Position numbers and translations under genes: made by a program. From positions 17,542,587 through 17,606,586 of the forward strand of contig CM120648.1 of the NCBI GenBank assembly GCA_051362555.1: a stretch of DNA of 64,000 nt, written 5' to 3'. Every line of letters starts with the position of its first letter. Positions within the stretch are counted from its first letter, which is position 1. The DNA is from Lingula anatina (lineage: Eukaryota; Animalia; Brachiopoda). The notes under the pieces are model-generated. The model saw nothing but the letters and a program-made list of their open reading frames with translations. It had not been told where the DNA came from and searched no databases. Shown piece after piece: positions 39,501-52,681 of the stretch.

Positions 39501-42500
39501 CGGGGGCCCTTACGGTCTAGGAGGAGAAGCGGTAACGGTAGCCGTCCGGCGGAGCCGGCGGAACGATCCGGATGGGACCGAAACCATGTGTACCGCCAGC
39601 GCTAACGCTGGTAGTACAATTAAACTTGCATGCTGTCTACATACATGCGAACTCTGAAAAAAGAATTATGTATACCCCATAGATATAGATGTACAATAAA
39701 AAGACAATTACATGTGCACAAAAAAAAAAAAAAAAAAAAAAACAGTATATTGTTGATGCTTTTGTATAAAATTACATCATGAATTAAATCATTCAATGAG
39801 TTGAACCAGTTTGGAACACTTATGCTTTTTTCATATCTATATCACTAAGAAATCATACATCAGGCTCCTTGACAAGATAATAATAATTAAAAGAATTAAC
39901 AATGCAACAAGTACATCTACCAAATTAACAACAGCTCATTTAAATGTCAGGTAAAAACACAACAGCCCTTCCTTTGTTAAAGAGAAACTGTCCTTTCAAA
40001 TATATGCTAATTGACAGTTCAGTCTTTAAAGGTACATACGAACCGAGCATCGGTGTAGTGTGGATTCCCAGTAACACATGTAAACCACTTCTACTAGATT
40101 CTTATATGACTCAAATAAATTCGACATGCCGGGGGAAAAACTGAATAGATCACTCGATCAGCCATAAAAGACCTTTAGACTGCTCCTTTCTTTAAATTTA
40201 TGGTTGTAAATTTAACCTACTTCCGTGACCTACTTTCCTGCCCCATTGACATACAGCTTAGAATGCCAGCAGAAAAATCTGTTCAAACATCATTTTCGGG
40301 TAAAATTAAACAATGTCTTTTGGTCATTCTCTTAGTTATACTACTTGAAACTATATGCTGGCATTTGGTTGGTTTTTGTGACAAAAAATTGACTTTGTAT
40401 GCATCTTTAAATTGTCTTTTCAAACATTTGCAGAATAACATATGAACTCCAACTATAATTATTCTAACCACATTGAAAATTTTCAAATCTAATCAACTCA
40501 TATCAAACCCCATGTCTCATATCAAACCCCATGTCCCTTTCACTTCTACAAATTCCACATGGTCTCTTCCTTTGCCTCCCTTTAAGTCACAATCAAATGC
40601 TCCCTTCACTTTAAAGGTTTCTCAGACGTGTCTGAATAATACTGTTTGTTTTGTGGTCCTCCACAAGAGCCCGAGATGCATTTTTTTCTTGGATTGCAGA
40701 ATTCCCCATGTATTTTCATCAATGATATTACAATATGCGCCTGAATTTGGTAATACAGCTAATACACTGAGATTAATGCCGCCTATCTCTATTTCCACCA
40801 TGTCTCAGTGTATATTGCATTGGTTACCCCACACCAAATGTATATGCACTCCTGGAATATCATGTTCATAACTGTCATATACATGAATATTAGTTTCAGT
40901 TTTGCAGACTTGTTGCACGTTCCATGTTTTCTCAGTCGGGGTGGTTTCTACTTCGTTTTTTCATGTCCGAACTCGTGGTGTTTAGACTGAGTTGGTTTGT
41001 CAAATGACTTCGGTTTTTAACATACTCACAGTTTCTGGAGTTACACTTCCATTTAAAGCGTCTATGTGCATCCATGTTTCACACCTGCAGTATGTTTGGG
41101 AGAGTCGTGAAAATATCTTGTACACATGAATGCAACATCAGCGCGCGTCTCTTCTGACATGTATTTTTTAATCTTGTGTCTTTGAGCGCATTCTCAACGA
41201 ATTAAGCCAGGCTTTACAAAGCCGGTGACCTAAAAATGGCGGACGTACATGAAAGAAAAACCGCCTAATCTTTTAATAGTCTCTCCGCCTCCTCACACGT
41301 CGTCCCTGCGGGGTACAGTAATTAAATCGCGTCTCCGTTCGCCATGCGGAAGCTACCTGAAAAATATTAAGTGCGCATGCTCATCAGTTAAACTCGTGGT
41401 GAAGAAAGCATGGCGGCTGAAGGCGATCGAAGGAAAAAAGTTCTTCTGTTCTATTATCTTTGAAAACAGAGACGAAAAAGGAATAATTTGGCCCGTAGAG
41501 CAGCAATGAATCGACTATCTACGGAGATAATATCACCAGAGATATTCACGGAAATATTAATGTTCGGAGCCGAGATTTAATTACTGTACCCCGCAGGGGC
41601 GACGTGTGGGGAGGCGTGTGAGAGGCGGAGAGACTATTAAAAGATTAGGCGGTTTTTCTTTCATGTACGTCCGCCATTTTTAGGTCACCGGCTTTGTAAA
41701 GCCTGGCTTAATTCGTTGAGAATGCGCTCTTTGTTCATTATTCATTTCGTCCGTTGGTTCTGAAACGATCAAACCTTTTCCGTCAGCGGCTTCTTGTTAG
41801 TCTTAACTATAGCCTGTCTAGCCAGCGTGGCCCGTGTTTCTCCGGACTTCTGTACGGTTCGAATTTCGTAATTTCACGTTTTATATAAATATACGAAATA
41901 TTTATACTGATAAATGATGATGAAAACTGTTCTCTTCACGCCGTCTGATTCTGATTTTAGAGTCAGATTGGAACCTTGAGAGCCAGGGGGAGATTGACTA
42001 TGTTAAGAGCATGTATAGACTCTGGTAGTGGGGTAATTTGACCCTTATATAGGAGTCAAATGAACTCCATGAGTGCCAAGGGGTGCTGGACTCTGACTAG
42101 AGAGTCAAATGACTCCAATATTATTCTCAATGTTCAAACGTACAGGAGTGATCAAATGTTACTGAAATGCAGGTTGAATAGGAAAATCAGCTTCCATTTT
42201 TTTTCTTGTTGGCATGCTGTCACGCGGCTTTTACAGATAACGCTTTGATGGAGAAACTTTTGGACTATTTTTTCCTAACTTAAAATAAGTATAATGACTT
42301 AGAAACACTTATTCATTAAAAACCAGCCTGATTATATTATTTTTTTAGTTATCCCCCTATGTCACTTTTACAGTGTGATTTTTGATGGGTCTAAATGCCT
42401 TTGCTAGTCACACTGTCTGAAAATCCATGATATTTATATCATATTTTGTGAAATTTCGGTAATTATGCTAACGGTTTTGTAATGTTGCATCAAAGTTGAA

Positions 42501-45115
42501 GGAGACCCAATTTTAAGCACTGATGTCATAATTGCCATTTAAAGTAAGTAATTTAACAAATTATCTTTAAACTTAGCGAAAAAGATTGAAAGGACTGAAT
42601 ATGGCTTCATTTTCAAAATCAACGTGATTCCATTCTTTTTCTGGACATAATGCACTTTTATTGTTCAAAATTTGCATTTTTCACGTGTCGGCATGGTCAA
42701 AGTGGGAAGCCTTAGGGTAGTCGCATTTTCAATATGTCCATATTATATATAGCAGTTGATAAAAAGTGGTCGTGATTATGATATTGATTATTATGTAATA
42801 TTGCTTCAAAACTGATAGTCCTATCACCACAAATGCTGTGAAAAGAAAAGTGTGTTACTTATCATTTTGTAACCAAAATAAATGATTCTTCGGATATACT
42901 TCTTAATTGGATTATCTTTTTGAATGTATATTTTAATGTTTTTTTTTTCCACATTTTCAAATTTTCAGGGTAAACATTCAGATATTTTGTAGGACCTATT
43001 ACACATACCACACACACACACGCAAACTTTAATATGCATGTCCCCTGCTATATGCAAACAAGTTGGTGTTGGTTTTACAGTAATTCTTTTTAAACATACA
43101 TGTATATTGTATTGTATGCAATGAAGATAACACATTTCAAGGAAAATCAAGCGCCTTTTGTCTTCAATGTTGATGAATATGACAAAAATGTAGGCAGAGC
43201 TTGAAAAAAGCCTGATCAGATTATGTTTTTCTTTCCGTTATGCTATTATTGTTACTTTGTAAACTTAACTTTGTGTCTGGTGATATATTGCCTTATATGA
43301 TCAGTTTTTTACTTCTTGTGGATAATTACATGACCTTCCAAGTGGTCAAAATCACTTTGCCAAAGCCCTAATGTTTACACGGACTTTCTAAAAATTACTA
43401 GACGCATTATTATTCTATATTGTACCAAAAAAGACACAAAAAGAAGCACATGAAAAAGGAAGACATTAAACGTATTAGTATATAACTTGTCTTTATACGT
43501 TTTTTTTTATTTTTAATCAATTATTGTTTTTATGTAAATCGATCACATATTGGTATCTTCAAGGAGTGACTTTGAACTTCAATGGGCATGAAGGCATTTG
43601 GTAGTCACAGTATGTGAAAAAACATAATACTGATGTCATGTTATTCAAATCGCGGGAGGTTATGATGTTCAGCTCTATGTCATATTGCATCAATCCAACT
43701 TTAGGAACTAGGTCATAACGACATTACGGTAAAACAATTAAGTTATGAATTCTAATCTCACAGAAAGATTGAATTTGAAAAAAGTCTCATTGCTTTACCT
43801 TTTCTAACAGATATACAATGAACATTAGCATTTTCATTGTAGGACTTATATAGGTCCCTTAAGGACGGGCACAAAACAATATAGTAGTTACAAATTCTGG
43901 ATATCCGTGTTAAGAATAGTGCATAAACGGATCATGGTGGTGATTATTTTAAATCAAAATTGACAAAAAAAAAATCCCATTTTATGCACTGCCAACACAC
44001 AATTAAAGGAAAACTGTGTTATCTTATTTTAAACTTACAAGGATGATTCCGAGGACGATCTTTTTTCACTTCAAGGTATTTTCAAAGTGTGCCTTTAATC
44101 CATTTTAACGCTATTTTATTCAACTCACAAATCAAAGGTTTTAGCGGTTTTAAAGAGGTTATAAGGCCATTTTTCCCTAAACATCCTGCTATAATAAAAT
44201 TATTTTGGTAGAGAACAAATTCTAGCAGCCCATTGTTTTGGATCCCTTTCCGTGTATGATGGTCTGATCTGACAAATAATTGAAGGTCCATGTCCTTTGT
44301 TTCGTCTATGTTCAAAATGTATTAAAAATTAAAAAAAACGCTTTCGGATACAGGCAGACTTACTCAAGTCCAAATCCTCAGGGGTGGGGGGATGGGCAGA
44401 CGTGTTCCCGTTTGAGGGTACATCACTAGCAACCCCAGCTTGAGTCAGTGTGCTACTTTCCTGTGACGTGATCTGCGGGTTGACTTCCTCTGGTAAAGTT
44501 GTGTCAACTGACCTGGGTACGGCTGTAGTACATAAAAAAAATAGTTAACTCTGCTGTTGAGCATATTATTGCATAAAAATGTAAAGTGTTGACAGTACGT
44601 ACTTCGTACATCATTATTTGCAAGACATTTTCTAAGAATCGTCGTCAACCCATGCTTACTCTCTGGTCCCCTTGTGTTTCCTGGTACAGCGGGACTTTGT
44701 GTTTCTTGTACAGGAAGAGCCGTGCCTGGCACTTGGTTGGGGTTGTTCTCAGCTCCCTGTCTTAGGTCGGATGGAAAGGTGGAAAGATTGTCTTGCCTTT
44801 GTTGGTCATCTGAAACAAACATTTGATAAAAAAAAAAATGTTTTTGTTATTTTATTCTAACACAGTCATATCGCTACTGGCTCAAAACAGAATGGAATTA
44901 TTTGAAACGTTTTCAGTGAGTCTGCGCCACTAAGTAGTGCAGTTTTACGGCACTTGAGATGACCAATGCGAAAAGACATACTTTGCAAATAAAGCGCATT
45001 TGAAATCAAACAAGAACACAGTGAGTAGTCATTTTTTATATGTTTTGAAATGTAGTAAAGTAAGCATCCTTATCCATAGTTTCAAAGGATTAAACAAATG
45101 TGCATTAATTTAAAA

Positions 45116-45207
<92 letters not shown>

Positions 45208-45923
45208 CTTTGGGAAAAAAAGTAAAGCAAAAGAGGATATGGCAGTTGTGGGACTATGGTGCAAAAAAGTTTTAAAGCCTGATTTTTTTTTTCACATCTA
45301 GATATGAGTTAAACCAAGGGTTAGACCAAGGTACTTTTCTGTTTGTAAATGTACATGTACCAGCATACTTCATTTGACCATGGCAAGTTGGATAAGAGAA
45401 AATGCTTTTCATTTGTTATCTGAACTGTCAGCTTCTCAACATCAAGTCACATACATTTGCTGTTTGTTTTTATAGCCAGATGTTAGGCAGATGCAATTAC
45501 CTGTCTAGGGATGGATATAGTTTGAATTCTGAATTACGTCATAGCAGAGCTCTATTCTTTTCACTGCAGTTTTTACATGATGTTGTTAAACTTTCCCTTT
45601 CACAAAGGACATTTCATGTTTTGTGTATGTGATTTAAGCCTTTGACTTTTGTTTCAACAAAATTTTAGTGTATGAATACATCTTTTATTGCCCTTTTAAA
45701 TTATTTTTTCTACACTGAAAAGCTGAAGTAATTGTTCATATATTGGAAATCCTTATCCAGACACACAATCACCCTTCTCAAACTATGAAAAAATGTATAA
45801 ATGGACATTTAACCTGTGTATGTACCCTGTGAATGTTTTCATCAAAACATGCATTTTATTCTATTTTTGAAATTTAGACAATAATATATTTAGGATAGTG
45901 TATTCATTGGGTCCTAATAAATG

Positions 45924-46007
<84 letters not shown>

Positions 46008-49000
46008 ACGGTCTTTTGTACGCCTTCTATTCCGAGGGTCTATTGTTCCGAGAGTCCCACATTTTGAATATTGTAGAAGCCAAGGCCAAAAACTGACCTC
46101 TGTTCCAATGTCACTGTATGACATATGAAGCGCTTCTAATTCCATTAAAAAGCCATTTTTGTCATTGTGTGGTTCTTATTGAATTCCTCCATATATTGAA
46201 GGAAAATCCTTAAGCAGTGTCATTTATAAGTCCGTTTAGATTTACTATTTTAATAATGAAAATAAAAAAAAAAACATAAGAAGAGACGCAGTAGATTATG
46301 GTAAACGAATAAATAAGCAGCTTTCAGCTTACTCGACACTTGCAATGGTGCAGATAAAGCTTTATGACAGCACAGAAAAAAACTTCTAAGATCGCAGAAA
46401 AATGTGTGTGCTATGGACAAAAAAATGACGTTTGCCAACTCATTAATTTTATCTTCATTGTAGGTAAATTGCACAAACAAAGGTACGTTAGGTACTTGAT
46501 AAACGCTGCCACCATCTTTTCTTTTTTTCACTAGGGACTTTTAAAGGCAATAAAGTTCAATTCTCGAACTTAAACGAAGGTTGCAAAATTTACGAAATTC
46601 CGACCTCATCAAAGCACACACGCCAGTTCTGAATATCTTCATAGGCGCAGCCAGTTGTCATATGCCTGGTAAAAATTCAAATATTTTGAAGGCTTTGAAC
46701 ACGTAGTACAGGTAGGGACACAATTTCCTGAACGTCTTGCTATAAAATGTTTTTTTGGAAGAAAACAGATACTGACAGCCCGTTTTATTGTTAAATAAAA
46801 GGGATAGTAGCACGTTATGATACAGGCAAACTTACGTGGTTGGGGATCTATTAATTCCCAGTCCTCAAAATTGGGGGGGTTGGCAGATGTGTTCTCGTTC
46901 GAGGGAACATCACTAGCAACACCAGCATGAGTCAGTGTGCTACTTTCCTGTGACATCATCTGCGGGTTGGCGACCTCTGGTGAACTGATGTCAACTGACC
47001 TAGATAAGGCTGTAGCATAAAATGAAAATTAGTTGTTTACTTTCCTGTAAAGCATTTTGTCTTCTTGCACCGAAATTGACCACAGAACATTTTAGTGTGT
47101 TATTATTTGCATCCCACAATTTTTAAGAATCATCGTCAACTCATGCTTACTCTCTGTTCCTGCTATGTTTCCAGGTACAATGGAACTCTGTGTTTCTTGT
47201 GCAGAAAGAGGCCTTCCTGGCACTTGGTTGGGATTGTTTTCAACCCCCTGTCTAAGGTCGGACGGGTAGGTGGAAATAATGTCCTGCATTTGTTGGTTAC
47301 CTTAAAAAGAAACGTTTTATAAGCATGTTTATTGCTATTTTTCATTCTAGTAACAATTTAAAGATTTTGGAAGCCTTTAAATGTGTTAAGGTCATATTTC
47401 TTAGAACGTCTAGCGATTTAACCATTATTTTGGTAGGAAACAAAATCATGCAGCCCGTTACATTGTGTCCTTTTTATTTTTGATGAGCTATTTTGACAAA
47501 TAATGGAAGGCGCTTGCCCTTTTGTTCCGTCTATGTGCACAATTGAATGAAAAAAGGATAGTTGCACGTTAGGAAACAGACAGACATACGTGGTTCACGA
47601 TCTATAAATTCGAAGTCCTCAGGGTCGCAATGGGCAGATGTGTTCTCGCTCGAGGGTACATCACTAGCAACACCAGCATGAGTCAGTGTGCTACTTTCCT
47701 GTGACATCATATGCCGGTTGGCGACCTCTGGTGAACTGATGTCAACTGACCAAGATAAGGCTGTATTATATAATAAAAATTAGTTGTTGACTTTTCTGTA
47801 AAACTTTTAGTCTTTTGGCATCGAAATTGGCCACAAAACATTTTAGTGTGTCATTATTTGCAAACACATTTTTTTATGAATCATCGTCAACTCATGCTTA
47901 CTCTCTGTTCCTGTTGTGTATCCTGGTACAATGGGACTTTGTGTTTCTTGTGCAGAAAGAGGCCTTCCTGGCACTTGGTTGGGGTTGTTCTCAACCCCCT
48001 GTCTAAGGTCGGACGGGTAGGTGGAAATAATGTCCTGCATTTGTTGGTTACCTTAAAAAGAAACGTTTTATAAACATGTTTATTGTTATTTTTCATTCTA
48101 GTAACAATTCAATGATTTTAGATGCCTTTAAAATGTGTTAAGGTCATATTTCCAAGAACGTCTAGTGATTTAACAATTATTTTGGTAGAAAACAAAATCA
48201 TGCAGCCCGTTACATTGTGTCTCTTTTTTATGTTTGATGGGCTATTTTGACAAATAATGGAAGGCGCTTGCCCTTTTGTTCCGTCTATGTACACACTTGA
48301 AGAAATAAGGATAGTTGCACTAAGAATCATTGCCAACTCATGCTTACTCTCTGGTCCTGTTGTGTTTCCTGGTTCAATGGGACTTTGTCTTTCTTGTGTA
48401 GATAGAGACCTTCCTGACATTTGGTTGGGGTTGTCCTCATTTTCCTGTCTAAGTTCGGACGGGCAGGTGGAATGATTTCCTTGCGTTTGTTGTTCAACTG
48501 AAATAAACGTTTTATAAATGTGTTTATTGCAATTTTTCATTCTATGACAATTCAAAGATTTTGAAGGCTTTTAAGATGTGTTAAGGCCATACTTCCCTGA
48601 ACGTCGAGTATATTTACATTTATTTTAGTAGGAAACAAAATCTTAGTGCATGCCCTATTATTTCGTCTATGTGCAAAATTTAATTCGATAGTAGAACGTA
48701 AGGATACAGACAGACTCACGTTGTACAGAATCTATAAATTCGAAGTCCTCAGGGTCACAATTGGCAGATGTGTTCTCGCTCGAGGGTACATCACTAGCAA
48801 CACCAGCATGAGTCAGTGTGCTACTTTCCTGTGACATCATCTGCCGGTTGGCGACCTCTGGTGAACTGATGTCAACTGACCTAGATAAGGCTGTAGTATA
48901 AAATAAAAATTAGTTGTTTACTTTCCTGTAAAACATTTAGTCTTTTGGCATCGAAATTGGCCACAAAACATTTTAGTGTGTCATTATTTGCAACCACTAT

Positions 49001-52000
49001 TTTTTAAGAATCATCGTCAACTCATGCTTACTCTCTGTTCCTGCTATGTTTCCTGGTATAATGGGACTTTGTGTTTCTTGTGCAGAAAGAGGCCTTCCTG
49101 GCACTTGGTTGGGGTTGTTCTCAACCCCCTGTCTAAGGTCGGACGGGTAGGTGGAAATAATGTCCTGCATTTGTTGGTTACCTTAAAAAGAAACGTTTTA
49201 TAAACATGTTTATTGTTATTTTTCATTCTAGTAACAATTCAATGATTTTAGATGCCTTTAAAATGTGTTAAGGTCATATTTCTTAGAACGTCTAGCGATT
49301 TAACAATTATTTTGGTAGAAAACAAAATCATGCAGCCCGTTACATTGTGTCCCTTTTTATGTTTGATGGGCTATTTTGACAAATAATGGAAGGCGCTTGC
49401 CCTTTTGTTCCGTCTATGTACACACTTGAAGAAATAAGGATAGTTGCACTAAGAATCATTGCCAACTCATGCTAACTTTCTGGTCCTGTTGTGTTTCCTG
49501 GTACAATGGGACTTTGTCTTTCTTGTGTAGATAGAGACCTTCCTGACATTTGGTTGGCGTTGTCCTCATTTTCCTGTCTAAGTTCGGACGGGCAGGTGGA
49601 ATGATTTCCTTGCGTTTGTTGTTCAACTGAAATAAACGTTTTATAAATGTGTTTATTGCAATTTTTCATTCTATGACAATTCAAAGATTTTGAAGGCTTT
49701 TAAGATGTGTTAAGGCCATACTTCCCTGAACGTCGAGTATATTTACATTTATTTTAGTAGGAAACAAAATCTTAGTGCATGCCCTATTATTTCGTCTATG
49801 TGCAAAATTTAATTCGATAGTAGAACGTAAGGATACAGACAGACTCACGTTGTACAGAATCTATATATTCGAAGTCCTCAGGGTCACAATTGGCAGATGT
49901 GTTCTCGCTCGAGGGTACATCACTAGCAACACCAGCATGAGTCAGTGTGCTACTTTCCTGTGACATCATCTGCCGGTTGGCGACCTTTGGTGAACTGATG
50001 TCAACTGACCTAGATAAGGCTGTAGTATAAAATAAAAATTAGTTGTTTACTTTCCTGTAAAACATTTAGTCTTTTGGCATCGAAATTGGCCACAAAACAT
50101 TTTAGTGTGTCATTATTTGCAACCACTATTTTTTAAGAATCATCGTCAACTCATGCTTACTCTCTGTTCCTGCTATGTTTCCTGGTATAATGGGACTTTG
50201 TGTTTCTTGTGCAGAAAGAGGCCTTCCTGGCACTTGGTTGGGGTTGTTCTCAACCCCCTGTCTAAGGTCGGACGGGTAGGTGGAAATAATGTCCTGCATT
50301 TGTTGGTTACCTTAAAAAGAAACGTTTTATAAACATGTTTATTGTTATTTTTCATTCTAGTAACAATTCAATGATTTTAGATGCCTTTAAAATGTGTTAA
50401 GGTCATATTTCTTAGAACGTCTAGCGATTTAACAATTATTTTGGTAGAAAACAAAATCATGCAGCCCGTTACATTGTGTCCCTTTTTATGTTTGATGGGC
50501 TATTTTGACAAATAATGGAAGGCGCTTGCCCTTTTGTTCCGTCTATGTACACAATTGAAGAAATAAGGATAGTTGCACTAAGAATCATCGTCAACTCATG
50601 CTAACTTTCTGGTCCTGTTGTGTTTCCTGGTACAATGGGACTTTGTCTTTCTTGTGTAGATAGAGACCTTCCTGACATTTGGTTGGCGTTGTCCTCATTT
50701 TCCTGTCTAAGTTCGGACGGGCAGGTGGAATGATTTCCTTGCGTTTGTTGTTCAACTGAAATAAACGTTTTATAAATGTGTTTATTGCAATTTTTCATTC
50801 TATGACAATTCAAAGATTTTGAAGGCTTTTAAGATGTGTTAAGGCCATACTTCCCTGAACGTCGAGTATATTTACATTTATTTTAGTAGGAAACAAAATC
50901 TTAGTGCATGCCCTATTATTTCGTCTATGTGCAAAATTTAATTCGATAGTAGAACGTAAGGATACAGACAGACTCACGTTGTACAGAATCTATATATTCG
51001 AAGTCCTCAGGGTCACAATTGGCAGATGTGTTCTCGCTCGAGGGTACATCACTAGCAACACCAGCATGAGTCAGTGTGCTACTTTCCTGTGACATCATCT
51101 GCCGGTTGGCGACCTCTGGTGAACTGATGTCAACTGACCTAGATAAGGCTGTAGTATAAAATAAAAATTAGTTGTTTACTTTCCTGTAAAACATTTAGTC
51201 TTTTGGCATCGAAATTGGCCACAAAACATTTTAGTGTGTCATTATTTGCAACCACTATTTTTAAGAATCATCGTCAACTCATGCTTACTCTCTGTTCCTG
51301 TTATGTTTCCAGGTACAATGGAACTCTGTGTTTCTTGTGCAGAAAGAGGCCTTCCTGGCACTTGGTTGGGGTTGTTCTCAACCCCCTGTCTAAGGTCGGA
51401 CGGGTAGGTGGAAATAATGTCCTGCATTTGTTGGTTACCTTAAAAAGAAACGTTTTATAAGCATGTTTATTGCTATTTTTCATTCTAGTAACAATTTAAA
51501 GATTTTGGAAGCCTTTAAATGTGTTAAGGTCATATTTCTTAGAACGTCGAGCATATTTACATTTATTTTGGTAGGAAACAAAATCTTAGTTCTTGCCCTA
51601 TTGTTCCGTCTGTGTGCAAAAATAAATAAAAAAGGACAGTTGCACGTTAGGATACAGACAGACTCACTTTGTTCAGAATATATTAACTCCCAGTTCTCAT
51701 GGGCGCAATGGACAGATATGTTCTCGTTAAAGGGTTCATCACTAGCAACACCAGCATGAGTCAGTGTGCTACTTTCCAGTGACATGATTTGCGGGTTGGC
51801 GACCTCTGGTGAACTGTTGTCAACTGGCCTAGATATTGCTTGTTGACTTGACAGTAGTGAGGACACATTGCCATTATGGTCACGTGGTGTAGGCGTGGCA
51901 TTTGCTAAGTTTGGGAAAGGGTCTATATTCTCATTGAAAACAGCATCATTTGTTGGAAGAATTGGGATATTTTCTGTGTCAGTCCCTCTCATCAATGGAC

Positions 52001-52681
52001 ACTCTGGGTTGAAAGCACGATGTCGTACAGCAGGGTCATCCCCACGAGCCCACTCCCTCAGTCGTCCACCACAGCTAAAGCAAACAACTTCATCTCTTTC
52101 TCCAGAATGGTAGAATCCAGCGCGTGCAAGTCGCGTGGCTGGCACGGGGACAAAACCGGGCATATTTGCAAAGGTCGATAATCTTACAGCTTCAGAATGT
52201 AATTCTTCTCGCCTTTGGAAAGGTGGACCATTTCCCTGTTGATCGAAGAAAGGAACTGCATACACAGTACTGCAAATGTTCTCTGGGTTGCAGAGAGCGC
52301 CATCACCTTTATATATGGGGTGTCCATTTCCAGAAAAACACTTTGCTCGTTTGTATAAAAACTCCCTCACCAGGTAACGAATGAGTCGGAGGGGTTGTGA
52401 AATACACGTCATGCAGAGCTTATAAATCGGATTGCAGTTTCGAACTTGGGATTGATTGGTAAGAAATCTTAACATAATATTATGCAACAAACAACGTCGA
52501 GCTGCAAGCTTATGTGCAGCAATAGCCAATAGTTTCTTCTTCAGATGATACGAGTATACCTCCCTTTGAGATACCAAAGTTACTGCTTTGTCGTGGACAT
52601 TAGAGGTATCAATTTGGTCAGCTTGCGGTAAACTAGATGTCTTTTCGTGGGCTGCAATATTCTGTATGTCAGTGTGGACAC
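36388..52681 (-). CDS. IAP paralogue 3: BIR, ~790-aa repetitive linker, RING (5' end lies further upstream)
   Basis: BIR exon 52681-51668, 15 linker exons 51438-44364 and RING exon 36587-36388 are all phase 1 and join in one open frame. The long intron 44363-36588 is inferred. Confidence 0.7.
36790..37030. repeat. Array of self-complementary tcaacgttga-type repeats (MITE-derived)
   Basis: Repeated tcaacgttgaat / ttcaacattgaatcaacgttggca units. Confidence 0.7.
37108..37484. mobile_element. Kolobok-type MITE, copy A (377 bp, TTAA TSD)
   Basis: TTAA on both sides; imperfect TIR agatgcatacaaa / ttcgtatgtacct. Inverted copy at 40030-40406. Confidence 0.75.
37988..39620 (+). mobile_element. Non-autonomous Helitron/Helentron-like element with an internal ~122-bp tandem array
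   Basis: Starts AACAAGA. About five aggtcaaaggtcaa-containing units at 38030-38620. 3' hairpin tgtaccgccagcgctaacgctggtagtaca at ~39590-39618. Internal inverted repeats at 38640-39000. Confidence 0.6.
40030..40406. mobile_element. Kolobok-type MITE, copy B (inverted relative to copy A)
   Basis: TTAA at 40026-40029 and 40407-40410. ORF 40200 (+) is nearly identical to ORF 37099-37314 (-). Confidence 0.75.
40430..41160 (-). mobile_element. Decayed Gypsy-like gag/protease remnant
   Basis: Minus strand MVEIEIGGINLSVLAVLPNSGAYCNIIDENTW..PLKVKGAF..VEFVEVKG resembles a retroviral aspartic protease (DSGA degraded to NSGA). Confidence 0.5.
41184..41729. mobile_element. Fold-back MITE with long (>100 bp) near-perfect TIRs and GAG...CTC ends
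   Basis: gagcgcattctcaacgaattaagccaggc...ctctccgcctc and its exact reverse complement. TSD is TTT, or CTTTG if the ends are shifted by one base. Confidence 0.85.
44364..51438 (-). repeat. Tandem exon array of IAP 3 (~1129-bp period in the core): 15 symmetric phase-1 exons
   Basis: A (150 nt): 51438-51289, 50310-50161, 49181-49032, 48051-47902, 47300-47151, 44809-44660. B (171/174/159 nt): 51148-50978, 50019-49849, 48890-48720, 47760-47590, 47009-46836, 44522-44364. C (150 nt): 50755-50606, 49626-49477, 48497-48348. All have AG/GT and lengths divisible by 3; no stops seen in the copies translated. Confidence 0.9.
51668..52681 (-). CDS. Large BIR-encoding exon of IAP 3
   Basis: Acceptor ttttgcttcag at 52682; frame open from 52681 (GVHTDIQNI...). 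BIR: RLSTFANMP..RLARAGFYHSGERDEVVCFSCGGRLREWARGDDPAVRHRAFNPECP with CxxC/H/C ligands. Donor A|gtgagt at 51667. Confidence 0.9.

Noticed and set aside
39630-39653. Possible 24-nt microexon of IAP 3
   Set aside because: Non-canonical GC donor and a stop codon in the phase-1 frame.
47095-51460. Repeated + strand ORFs (MCHYLQ.., MHALLF..) in the array
   Set aside because: Antisense shadows of the - strand exon array; they cross intron boundaries.
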